From Spongospora subterranea f. sp. subterranea (taxonomy: Eukaryota): DNA of 64,000 nucleotides. The position numbers and the translations under genes were made by a program. Shown here piece after piece: positions 40,124-52,200 of the stretch. Under the pieces are notes generated by a model. The model was not told the DNA's origin. It ran no database searches and saw nothing but the letters and a program-made list of their open reading frames with translations. Within the stretch, counting starts at the first letter, position 1; the number at the start of each line of letters is the position of its first letter. The stretch lies in NCBI GenBank assembly GCA_049724395.1, contig JAUGWO010000082.1, positions 62,001 to 126,000 of the forward strand. The letters run 5' to 3'.

Positions 40124-42159
40124 GTGTCACTGATACAGATTATTATGTCCTTTGATCACATTTAATGAGCGATTACTGATACAGATTATTATGTCCTTTG
40201 ATCACGTTTCATAATGCAGTGCCACTGATACAGATTATTATGTCCTTTGATCACGTTTCATGATGCAGTGTCACTGATACAGATTATTATGTCCTTTGAT
40301 CACGTTTCATGATGCATGTGTCACTGATACAGATTATTATGTCCTTTGATCACGTTTCATAATGCAGTGTCACTGATACAGATTATTATGTCCTTTGATC
40401 ACGTTTCATAATGCAGTGTCACTGATACAGATTATTATGTCCTTTGATCACGTTTCATGATGCAGTGTCACTGATACAGATTATTATGTCCTTTGATCAC
40501 GTTTCATGATGCAGTGTCACTGATACAGATTATTATGTCCTTTGATCACGTTTCATGATGCAGTGTCACTGATACAGATTATTATGTCCTTTGATCACGT
40601 TTCATAATGCAGTGTCACTGATACAGATTATTATGTCCTTTGATCACGTTTCATAATGCAGTGTCACTGATACAGATTATTATGTCCTTTGATCACGTTT
40701 CATAATGCAGTGTCACTGATACAGATTATTATGTCCTTTGATCACGTTTCATAATGCAGTGTCACTGATACAGATTATTATGTCCTTTGATCACGTTTCA
40801 TAATGCAGTGTCACTGATACAGATTATTATGTCCTTTGATCACGTTTCATAATGCAGTGTCACTGATACAGATTATTATGTCCTTTGATCACGTTTCATG
40901 ATGCAGTGTCACTGATACAGATTATTATGTCCTTTGATCACGTTTCATAATGCAGTGTCACTGATACAGATTATTATGTCCTTTGATCACGTTTCATAAT
41001 GCAGTGTGATCAGATTATTACTTTGATCACGTTTCATAATACAGATTATTATGTCCTTTGATCACGTTTCATAATGCAGTGTCACTGATACAGATTATTA
41101 TGTCCTTTGATCACGTTTCATAATGCAGTGTCACTGATACAGATTATTATGTCCTTTGATCACGTTTCATAATGCAGTGTCACTGATACAGATTATTATG
41201 TCCTTTGATCACGTTTCATAATGCAGTGTCACTGATACAGATTATTATGTCCTTTGATCACGTTTCATAATGCAGTGTCACTGATACAGATTATTATGTC
41301 CTTTGATCACGTTTCATAATGCAGTGTCACTGATACAGATTATTATGTCCTTTGATCACGTTTCATAATGCAGTGTCACTGATACAGATTATTATGTCCT
41401 TTGATCACGTTTCATAATGCAGTGTCACTGATACAGATTATTATGTCCTTTGATCACGTTTCATAATGCAGTGTCACTGATACAGATTATTATGTCCTTT
41501 GATCACGTTTCATAATGCAGTGTCACTGATACAGATTATTATGTCCTTTGATCACGTTTCATAATGCAGTGTCACTGATGATATGTCCTTTGATCACGAT
41601 TCATAATGCAGTGTCACTGATACAGATTATTATGTCCTTTGATCACGTTTCATAATGCAGTGTCACTGATACAGATTATTATGTCCTTTGATCACGTTTC
41701 ATAATGCAGTGTCACTGATACAGATTATTATGTCCTTTGATCACGTTTCATAATGCAGTGTCACTGATACAGATTATTATGTCCTTTGATCACGTTTCAT
41801 AATGCAGTGTCACTGATACAGATTATTATGTCCTTTGATCACGTTTCATAATGCAGTGTCACTGATACAGATTATTATGTCCTTTGATCACGGTTCATAA
41901 TGCAGTGTCACTGATACAGATTATTATGTCCTTTGATCACGTTTCATAATGCAGTGTCACTGATACAGATTATTATGTCCTTTGATCACGTTTCATAATG
42001 CAGTGTCACTGATACAGATTATTATGTCCTTTGATCACGTTTCATAATGCAGTGTCATAATGCAGTGTCACTTGATACAGATTATTATGTCCTTTGATCA
42101 CGGTTCATAATGCAGTGTCACTGATACAGATTATTATGCCATTTGATCACGTTTCATGA
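40124..42159. repeat. Tandem array of a 49-bp unit, about 41 copies, nearly homogeneous
   Basis: Unit GTGTCACTGATACAGATTATTATGTCCTTTGATCACGTTTCATAATGCA (starts at e.g. 40563 and 40612). Main variant is CATGAT for CATAAT. No spacers. Confidence 0.98.
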
Positions 42160-42288
42160 ATCATGAATAATATGGTGCAGTGGGGGCCTCCGTCTCAGTA
42201 ATGGGGCTGCGTCTGCCGATACAGAGTGGCCAGGCCCTCTTGTTTCTATTGCCTTTGGCTTTGGGATTGAGGTTCCTGGTAGTCAATC

Positions 42289-43010
42289 ATGACCGACTCA
42301 ATGGATGTCGACGGCGACATTGAAAATGTTAATAAGAGCGGAACGGATCAGATTCCAGGGTCAGGTGTGGATGACAACGCCCCTAGGGTTCAAGTCAAGA
42401 AGTGGAATGCAGTCGCATTATGGCGATGGGGTAAGATGTCTTCCATATTTACCTGCACCATGATGGCCGTTATTTTTTCAAGTGGTTATGGTAGAGCTTA
42501 TGTATATGAATAATGCCATAATGTGCTTTTTGTCAACCAATATCAACAGTATTTATCAGTTCACTTTTTAGATACTGAGTATGATACCTGCGCAATCTGT
42601 CGTAATCTAATCATGGAATTGTGTAAGAAATTGTTTGGCAGACAATGTATGATTTAGTGTTCATGTAAGTGCCCAGGTATCGAGTGCCAAGCTGATCAGC
42701 GATCGGAATCTAGTGGAGATTGTACAGTAGCTTGGGGAGGTAATTCTCGTTCATCTTGCTCTCCAACGTCATTGCTAATATTTACTTCTTGCTTCTGTGT
42801 ATAGTTTGCAATCACGGTAATATTGTTGAGTTAGTCGGATGACAAGTTGGGCTCTGACAATGTGCATTAGCGTTCCACTTTCACTGTATTAGCAGATGGC
42901 TTGCAAATCGTGGCGTTTGCCCATTAGGTAAGTTTCGAGACATTGCTAATGAAAAATTTTGCTTATCCGCAACAGATAATCGCGATTGGGACTTCCAACG
43001 TTATGGATAG
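42289..43010 (+). CDS. RBX1: RING-box protein RBX1/ROC1, six exons including a 12-nt micro-exon
   Basis: Spliced product ...[37 protein letters not shown]...[40 protein letters not shown]. Confidence 0.97.
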
Positions 43011-43266
43011 TGAAAGCTGAGGATGGCGTAGCACCTTTTAATATATCCTGCTAACAAGGCAGTTGTTTGACTTATGGAACTACTTCTGGGTGATTTTCAC
43101 ATTTTGCCACTGTTTGAGCCCGTAGGAACTTTGTAACGAATCGAAAAATTTTTCGCGACAGGTGCCACTTTGGCCAAAACATCCATGCAACATAATGTCG
43201 AATACTGTAAATGGATTTTGAATGTCGACACCACAGAAATTTTGTATTAAGCGTGGCAATATTGTA

Positions 43267-46200
43267 TTAAAGCGTGATGGGTTGCATCAAATCAAACTCA
43301 GCTGAAATCACGTCGGGACCTTTAGTATAATCCACTCGAAGAACTCCATAAACCCAATCAATTTCTGTATCACCAGATTTTATAGCTGTAGTCTATAACC
43401 ATGATGAGTCAGAATTATGATTCAAATGCATCTTCCTGATACGTACTTTGCCAAGAGTCATAATATCTTCCTGTGAAAGCGTAACAGAGTTGGCCATCTT
43501 TGAAATCTTTTCTTGTAGCACATCTGTAATGTTGAGCCAAGTTGTCCCTGCGCCGAATGTGGCATTGCGGATAATTGGAGTGCAATTGCGAATATGACTC
43601 ATAATCCATTCAACAACACCATTAGCCTATACACGTATCACCTACCAACAAAGCAAATTCAACAAAAGTTACCTCAGCAGACGAATCCGTTTTGATGACG
43701 TGGTAATGAGAGTCCAGTCTCTGCAAAATTACGATAGTTCCGTCTACTGACACCGACTTAATCTGATTCAGACCAGCTGAGAAGTGGATTTGAGATATAT
43801 CAGATTGCGGTTCAGATATAGCGTTCGTTTTCGCCGCAATAACTCGGAAATTGGTTAATACGACCAATCTAGTTGCAGTAAGAAATCAAACATGTGAAAG
43901 ATGTAATTGCATGGGTCGCTTACAATGACTTCCGATGACTCTTATTAGTAAGATGGCTAATCTCTCGAGAATCAATATATGACTCTTGGTGCGCTTGATC
44001 CTTAGTCAGCGGAACTGGCAGTTGGGCTAAATAAAGAATTAAAAAAAAACGCCAACAACATTCCATTTACGTACATAATAAGTTGCTGCTGGACCAAATT
44101 ACGGCTTGTCCTGTATCATATGCTATAACCGATAATTACGGTAGCAAAGAAACCCAATACCTTTCGCAGCTTCAAGGTCAAATGGAGTAAGAATGCCAGA
44201 TCTGGGGATATAACGGGGTAAACGTATTCGTTCTGATCCCAAAAAAATATTCGGCCCTCCTAAAAGTCCTTGAAAGCCTAAAATCAGTGTTAAACTACAC
44301 TAGAATGCTAGAAATCGAAAACATCTAGACCTTGTACGGTATGCGTTCCAAGGTCAATAGCACCAACGACAGGACGAGTAATCAAGCTTGCTCCTCCTTT
44401 TACAATTCCTGAAACCTAATGTTTAGCGAATACAGAGCAGATAAAGATGCGTGATACCTTTAAAAAAGCCAAATGCACCGCCAGAACGAAGGCCTTCAGC
44501 GGGTTTTGTAACCATACCTTTCAAACCTCCCATAATTCCTGAACCAAGGGCTGCTAGTCCTGTAACCCCAGTAGTTTGTGGGAAAAAAGGCAAAAAATTC
44601 AGGCTAAACCAACCTGTCCCGACGTGATGCGTTTCGGTTCCTTGAGCAGCTCCCCGAATGCGTTCACGCTCATCCTTAACATGAACACAGCATTAGCGAG
44701 ACTGAGCGCAACATCTTTCGTGAGCAAACCAGTTCTCTCTTTTCAAGGAAGCTTCTATCCATCGACAAAACAGCGACCCCAGTTCCTAATGTTGAAGTAA
44801 TCTGCCCAGCCGAAGAGAGTATACCTCCAAGGGTATGCTGGACGAACCGCTGCGAGCCACTCGCAAGACCCTTTCCAAAATCCAGGGGGCTGGATACAAT
44901 GCCCTGCAACAAATATTTGGCTTCAAGACAAACATGAGCGTGAATGAATACCTCTGCAGGATCGTAAAATAGATGTTTGAACCCCTTTCCGAGGTTGGAA
45001 ACCAGCCCAATAGGATTTCCAATAACAGATAAAGATCCTAAAATTTTGTAAACTTGTCGAAGACCCTGGAGAATGTAATGTCTCCGAATTGGGGCAATAA
45101 GCGATGACCTTGGCAAAAACATCACAACAAAGCAACTTTAAGAAAATCAGACCTTACCAAGACCCATAAATGTCAAACAACTCCAGAGAGTCCATTCTGA
45201 TAGGAGCCGTCTATTGCCTAGTTAGCCATGCAAAAGAATAGTGACTGATTGATTTTACCTGAACAGAAGTAAAAGTAACACCAGCAGCACCTAGCAACAT
45301 ATCAACAGGATTCGGACGGCGCGAGACGACCCGAGACCGTGCATCTTCACGTCGCGCAAGATCAGGCTGTCCCGTGATCAATATTTCACATTATGGTCTG
45401 CTTTTCATATACCTGAATGGTTACGTTCAATGCAATTGGCTGCAGTGTCAGACGTCGGATAAAAACATTTTGTGCTGAACCTGTTGAGAATGAGTACAGA
45501 GATGTAGCACTGATAACGCATCCAGACCTGGTTCTGGAAAAGACCTCGGTTTTTCAACGTCAATTCCGACGACATGCTGCTCGGTTTCATCAAAAGCTTT
45601 GAAAGACCCCATTAACCTTATTGCCAATTCGTAGACGATCCAAACAAGCTCTTCTTCAAGGAATATCTCGCTGTGCTGCAGAAGGAAATCGGCAAACTCT
45701 ATATTTAAAAACCCTAGGAAGAACCGTTGTGAAAAAATAGTGCAGGGACAGCTCAATTGAACCTTCATTTTTTCTATTCGTCCAGACAAACAGAGCGAAC
45801 TGGAACCAAGGCGGAATCTTGCGTTGTGAACCATGATGACGTTTCTTGCAAAAAAATACAGGGAAAATAGATTCTTGTGTCTGGTTGTCGCCTTGAAATA
45901 GGTCAACGCTAGACAGGAAGCCCTGAAAAGCAATTAGCAATGCAGCCGATGTGCGTTCCATTTACGAACCGTCGCTGTTTCTGATGAATTCAAGGAAACG
46001 CTGATGTTACGTAAGCAAAGGTAGACAACCTCACGAGGGCGCTTGTCAATAAGCGACACTCCAATATGAGGAACAGCACTTTGCACGAAAGATTAGTTGA
46101 CCTAATAAAGTCAAACATCAACGTACACTGATATTTGAGAAACAGGCTGTTCAAGCGCTTCCACGTCGAAGGTCGTCGGGGATGACACGCTCATAGACAA

Positions 46201-49200
46201 ACAGACTTCATTGTTTCCTTGTGAAAAGCCAACCCATGCCCGGTCAAAAGACTAATACAGATCCTTAACAGCAAGTATCCAACTACTCAACAATACGAAT
46301 TCACCTTTGAAAACGGTGCTATGCACGAGCCCAAATCCGTGTACGATATTGATCCCTTCTCATCAATATTCTCTTCGCGCAAAGTGAGAGTAAGAGAACC
46401 ATTTAGCCCCTGGGAATTGTTTAGCCCCGGGCGTCTTGATAACGGAGAGACATCTGATCATTACCTGAGATGTGTTGCCGGTTATAGAAAACGCAAAGAT
46501 CTCATTGGTAACACCAGCGACAATACATCCGTTTTGATCACGTAATAACGCCATTGAGGATGTCCCCTGTATTCGCGTTTTTACATATAGTTTTATCTTA
46601 GGGAGCACCGTGACTTACATCATATGGACCTTGGGCATTTACCTTGAAATCGCATAATAGGCGGGGACAAGTTGACACCACATCGTTACTTTGTTGGCTT
46701 TGAGCGTTTCAAACTCAAAATGAACTGATTTTGAAGGACTTACTTTTCCAGCGAGGAACCAAAAGTTTCAAAATTGAACTTGGACTCGAATTTGCATACC
46801 CCATTGGACCTAGACAGAATTGATCATTCGCTGGAACTTCGATAATAGGAAATTTACACTTTTGTTGAGGCTAGTTGACCTCGAAAACCAACTACCGATA
46901 CTTGGATATCAACAACCTGGATTTGTTGTGCCTGAGGCACGATTAAACACAGAATAAATTCGTAAAATTCTGCTAACTTCCGATTTAGAAAGACAGTTTG
47001 CTGAATCGATGAGGAAGCTACTGCTTCTTGTCCTTCGTTTTTCCATAACTCGACTGATTCGATGCTGCGCAAAACTTGCCGATTAACATCAATGATTTTG
47101 CTAAGGTCTACGACGCAAATTCAGCAAACCTCTAGAATCGATTCCCAAAAATACCTTTAACTTTTTCGTTCAACAAATCTGATTTTGAACCAAAATAGCG
47201 AATTTGAAGGTGAGCTTGCCCAATGATATCCTTAACTCAAGTCAATATAGACCAATTCAACGTTCGAAGCGGCGACTTACTCCAGCGGGGACCCATTTAT
47301 CGATTCGGTCTGACTCCTTCAAAGCAGAGATATCGAGGGGAAATTCAATTCTCCGGATTAACTGGCTAGGATCGCCTTCATAAAATGACACGCATAGCAT
47401 CGGATAAGGCTCATTAGATTTGATGCGAAAGTACGACTTGAAGTTCCAAAACGGATTTAACAGATCTTGGAAACCTGAGCAAATTCGATAAAATGGCGAA
47501 TGGATTGCTAAGATACGAAGTACCATCGCTTCGCGAAGTTTCGCCCGAGAAAGTCACAGTTGCGAATACCGACCCTCGTTCATGCTGCGGTTTCAATCCA
47601 CTAATTTCCACCTTTATCGATTACGTTAGAAAATCATCTCGAATCCTTCCGAAACTCTTACCAAATTCAAGTAAATAAAGCTAGAATCACTGAGAGACCC
47701 AATTGAGCCAATTCCACAACACTCGACCTTCGCCCGAGTCCATTGGACCAACTAACATGGTGAGATTAGCTGAATACATACACCTTGGGCGTCAATGGGG
47801 ACTGACAGATTCATCTAAACTCTCTTGAAGAAACTTGTGAAAGTATATTAGAGTTTGAGGGCTTCCAACAGACTCGGTAATGCATAATTGTTTCATCGGC
47901 CCAATAGATTTACTTGAAATCTTCAACTCATGTAAAAAAGGTTCGGTAGATACCATTGACTCGTGGAAGTCCTATGTCGCAATTTGTCATTGTTCCAGCG
48001 GTCAACCAACGCTAAACCAGGTTAAACCTGTGCCATTGATAAATCTACTTCAAGCGTATGACACTGTTTCCAGCATCGCCTGTCGATAGGAAAATGAACT
48101 GCAGCAAAATAGTTCTTTGAACAGTTCCATCACGAAGAGCAAAAGGTTTCGCATTTGCTGGTGGCAAGGATATCCAATAATCTTCTCCTTTTTGTTGAAA
48201 CCTAACCTGAAACAAAAATCACGGTGAACGGAATGCAACAAAGAAATGAAAATGAACTACTTGAGCAGTGACAGTACGGTTTTCTATGGTTACTGGCGCT
48301 AAAGAAGGCTTTTGATGTGATAACAAAATGAAATTGGAGGATCCGCTGGCCATTTGGACTTCCAAGCGAACCAGTCGAGAACCAGATGCACCGTAATTTA
48401 CAGGAATGGTGTCATCTATAACATTGGAGAGAGAGAAAGGGGCAGACCTATCACAAGTGTCAAACTGACAGAGTAAAGCCTATGTTTGGCATACCATTCG
48501 GCAGCAGGATGATCGTGCTTGATGCACAAATGCTCAGGTTGTGCCGAGTCGTCCCAGTAATATATGATATGACGGCTTGAGGAAAGAACTCTAGACTCAG
48601 ATTCCGTTCCAGCTTGCTTAATCAATATAGGAAACTGAAGGGAGTTGACGAGAATATAACGTGGAGAAAACGTTATCTAAAGTCGTGGATGAGCTCAATC
48701 ATGTATATTGACCAACTGAAATACCGCTTTGGTGCGAGTAAACGGCGCAGGACACAGCGAGACGTTGACATTAAATTGGTAAAGCGCGGCACCCACATGA
48801 ATCGCTGTTACGTCGGATGCTCCCGCTGCACTGATCAGTATAGGATTCGACCAAGAAGAGTTTTGATCAGAAAGCCGCAAAAAAGCATGCCCTGTATTTG
48901 AACTGAACATTAATGGTTCATTTAACTGAGTGGAACGGTCGGGTTCAGCATCCGTTTCCGGTGCCGGAAAATACTGAGGCACTTTCGTGAACTGAAGACA
49001 TTATCAAATATTGAACTGAGATTGCTGATAGATGATTGCCTTATCCGAAGAAATCTGCAGATTTTCGCCGTTCGGAAGTTGAACAAGATCGTATACCCAA
49101 TATTGTACAAGCACGGTGAGCCTGTCTCCATGAAGTTCGACATCGAGAGTTAGGGTGCCTCCAGACGAATCCGCGACAAAAATTTGAGATGAAGCTATGG

Positions 49201-52200
49201 GACCACAAAGGGTGATCGGCGAGCTCCAGGAACTAGAAGAGTATCACAGAGAGAAATTGTGTCATTGCAAAAAATCAAGCAACGACCTCATGAAAGGAAG
49301 AAGCAACGAGAATTCAAAAGGTTGCATGGGATCCGAGGACAAAACCGAATGCTCGTTCGAAGGCGCGATCGAATTTTCCTACTCATGGAAATCAAAATTT
49401 TGGGATTTCCCGCATATTCAAAATACCGATTCGTCCATGAATTCTGCAGATTGCCGAATGCGAAACCGAGAGTTTACAGGAAGTAAATTTTGAACAACTA
49501 GAGGAGGCATTAGCGAAATTTTGTACGTATTGCATGGTTCTGTTTCTTTGCTAGCAATAATGTACGTAGAATGAAGGGAATTTTCATCCTATGTTGAATT
49601 AAATGGGAAAACCCATCGATTGCACGGATAACTTACATGGAATTGCAATACTGTTCGATCAAATGAAAGATTACAAATTGCCTCTGACTGCATCCCTATT
49701 GACTACTTCAGGTTAACTGCACCAAGCTCAATGTTACAAAAAAGAACCTTTAATGCGGACTGGTAGCATAGAAATACGTTGCCGGCTAAGACATGGAAGC
49801 CAAATAGACTCCATTGGGGACAACTCTGCACAAAGAATTGAGTAAACACGATTTTGATAGAATAAACGATTACCGGTGGAGCCAACGATGAAAGTTACCG
49901 TCGAACAATTCTCGATGTGCGCATCGCTGCGTAAATGGACCACTTTAGATAACCCTTTTTCATAAACCTCCACAATAACGCGGGCAGAAATTGCGCTTTG
50001 CGATGATTTGGAATCTTTAACAAGCCAAAATGACTGAAACCCGGCACGGTCGATCCGAACCTGAAATCTCCATCAATTTGAAAAGTTTGTAACGAATGAC
50101 AAGCCCCTACATTATCAATTGGAAGCCATTCCTTGCCAACTACGATTGAAAGGAACAACGCATCGACAACCGGCAAGAATTCAGTCTGTTGCGGTGCAAC
50201 TGAAATAGATTTGCTCGTTCCTGCTTCGCTAACAATGAATTCGACGTCAACCTGTAAATTTCTTTAAACAAAAAAGCCTGCCAACATCGCAGAGTCCAAA
50301 CCTCAACGCTATTCTGAACTTCAGTATAAAAGGTGAGATCTGTACGGTTAGAATTGTTGTCCGTATCTGTGCTGGGTGCAGCTGTTATTCTAGAGGCAGA
50401 CACTGGAACCACCAAATTAGCTGACATGTAAAATAAAAGACAAAATCTTACTAGACGCCAAAGGCCGAAGAGAGTTTAAAATTGAAGATAACATTATTTC
50501 TGAAATATTAACGTCAAGGCGATCTAACGTAGCTATTCTCTAATGATTAGTCCAGAATTTGAATCCAGATATGTTAGTACATACTAATTCCGATAAATTT
50601 AGATCGCATCGTTTGACGGGCGACAATCGATAAACGAGTCGGTTCAATCAGTGGCTCCCACGAAGCCACAGTAGTGTTATAAACACGGGCGGCCAATCGA
50701 ATGCCGGAATAGCTTCAAAAGTATGACAGTTAAGAAATCATTTTAAACCACAGCAGCACATACAAGTGGCGAGATATCCCATAGCCATGCCCTACAGATC
50801 TGGGATCGACCAACAACAGCACCTCCATGACCGGGACTCGGCGAGAAGACGCTGCACCAAAGATATCGTTGACAATATCGACACGAACGCTCTGTAAATC
50901 GATGAAAAAAATTTCATGTACATTCCAATGCTGAAGCTTCAAATTGTTCTGTTGAGGCAAAATGGGTCAAAAAACTGACGGAAAAAGCGGGAGTTTGATG
51001 CCCACCATTCTTTCATTTGAGCCAACGCCGCGAATCAATTCGATTTGCACAGGAACAGCGATACGATCACTTTGCGGTTTGATTTGGCTTTGATTCGTAT
51101 TAACAGTAGGAAAAACAGGATGAAATGACTGTAGATCATTACAAAACAATCCAACAACTCTCGTCTTTTCAAAGTACCGTTTGCAGCTTCGAGACGATAT
51201 CTTGGACCAGCAAAATACTCGAATACGATATCGTGATATGAAAACTTCCAAGAATTACAGAGAGAATGAACGCTCCAGTTGAAACCGACTTTGTAGAATA
51301 CGCCGCCTGTTCAAAAACACTTATTCATAGAAACAAAAACCTCCAAAACTTTTTCACGTACTTTAAGAACGCAATTCACAGGGCGTAAAATATTTAACAG
51401 AGGAATCTCCACATATTTGTGCCACATAAGCGGAAGCCACGTTAGCAGCAACGTTCCACGACGCATCCACCTCCTTGCAGGCGCTAAAAAGCATATCCGC
51501 CCCCATGACGATGGAAACAGAAGGCTGAAGCGGGGACTGCAACGACGCTTGAACACTTCCTTCAAACACGGCGTCCATAGCAAACGCTACACATATTTAG
51601 TTTGACGTAAACCAAAACGAGAATGAACGGACCCTGTTGCATGAAAGAAAATGTTCCTTCAAGTCGAGATAATCTTAAGCACAATGATGGTAAGACATCG
51701 CTGAGGTTGTAGTCCAATTGAGGGAATTGAAATTGTGGCTCATCAGTGGCATAATAATGGCATGCGGATTTGAAATTCGACGCCACATTGTTGTAAAATA
51801 GCAATAATTCGGAATACCTACGAAAGAATAAGAACCAGCTAATCTTAGACGTTGATGTAACGAACTGGGGTGAGTCTGTTGAAATCTCGAACGAACTGGA
51901 TGATAAAAATATTTGCTGCGACATCGCTTGTGATAGCAAGGATTCATTTCCGCCTGACGAACTTGCTTCTATTAGCTTTACTAGTACAAGAACGCAAACC
52001 GTCGTTTCTTTTTCATACGCCGAGAGGTTGCGAAGCGTCAATGATAGGTTTTCCAAGCGAGACGACATTTTCAATCTAAAAACAGCGAGCACGGTCAGTT
52101 AAAAAAAATCCAGATTTTTGCCAGCCCATGCTCATACGCCTTTGAATGAATAGAAAAATGCGAAATCAACAATGACAATATCGTATCGGTGATTTTGCCT

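Noticed and set aside
40124..42159. CRISPR array or repeat-coding ORF
   Set aside because: Units are contiguous with no unique spacers, there are no cas genes, the context is eukaryotic, the period of 49 is not a multiple of 3, and no ORF spans it.
47225..47240. U12-type intron signals (ATATCCTT, TCCTTAAC)
   Set aside because: They are on the strand opposite VPS13 and not at exon boundaries; the introns I traced are GT-AG.
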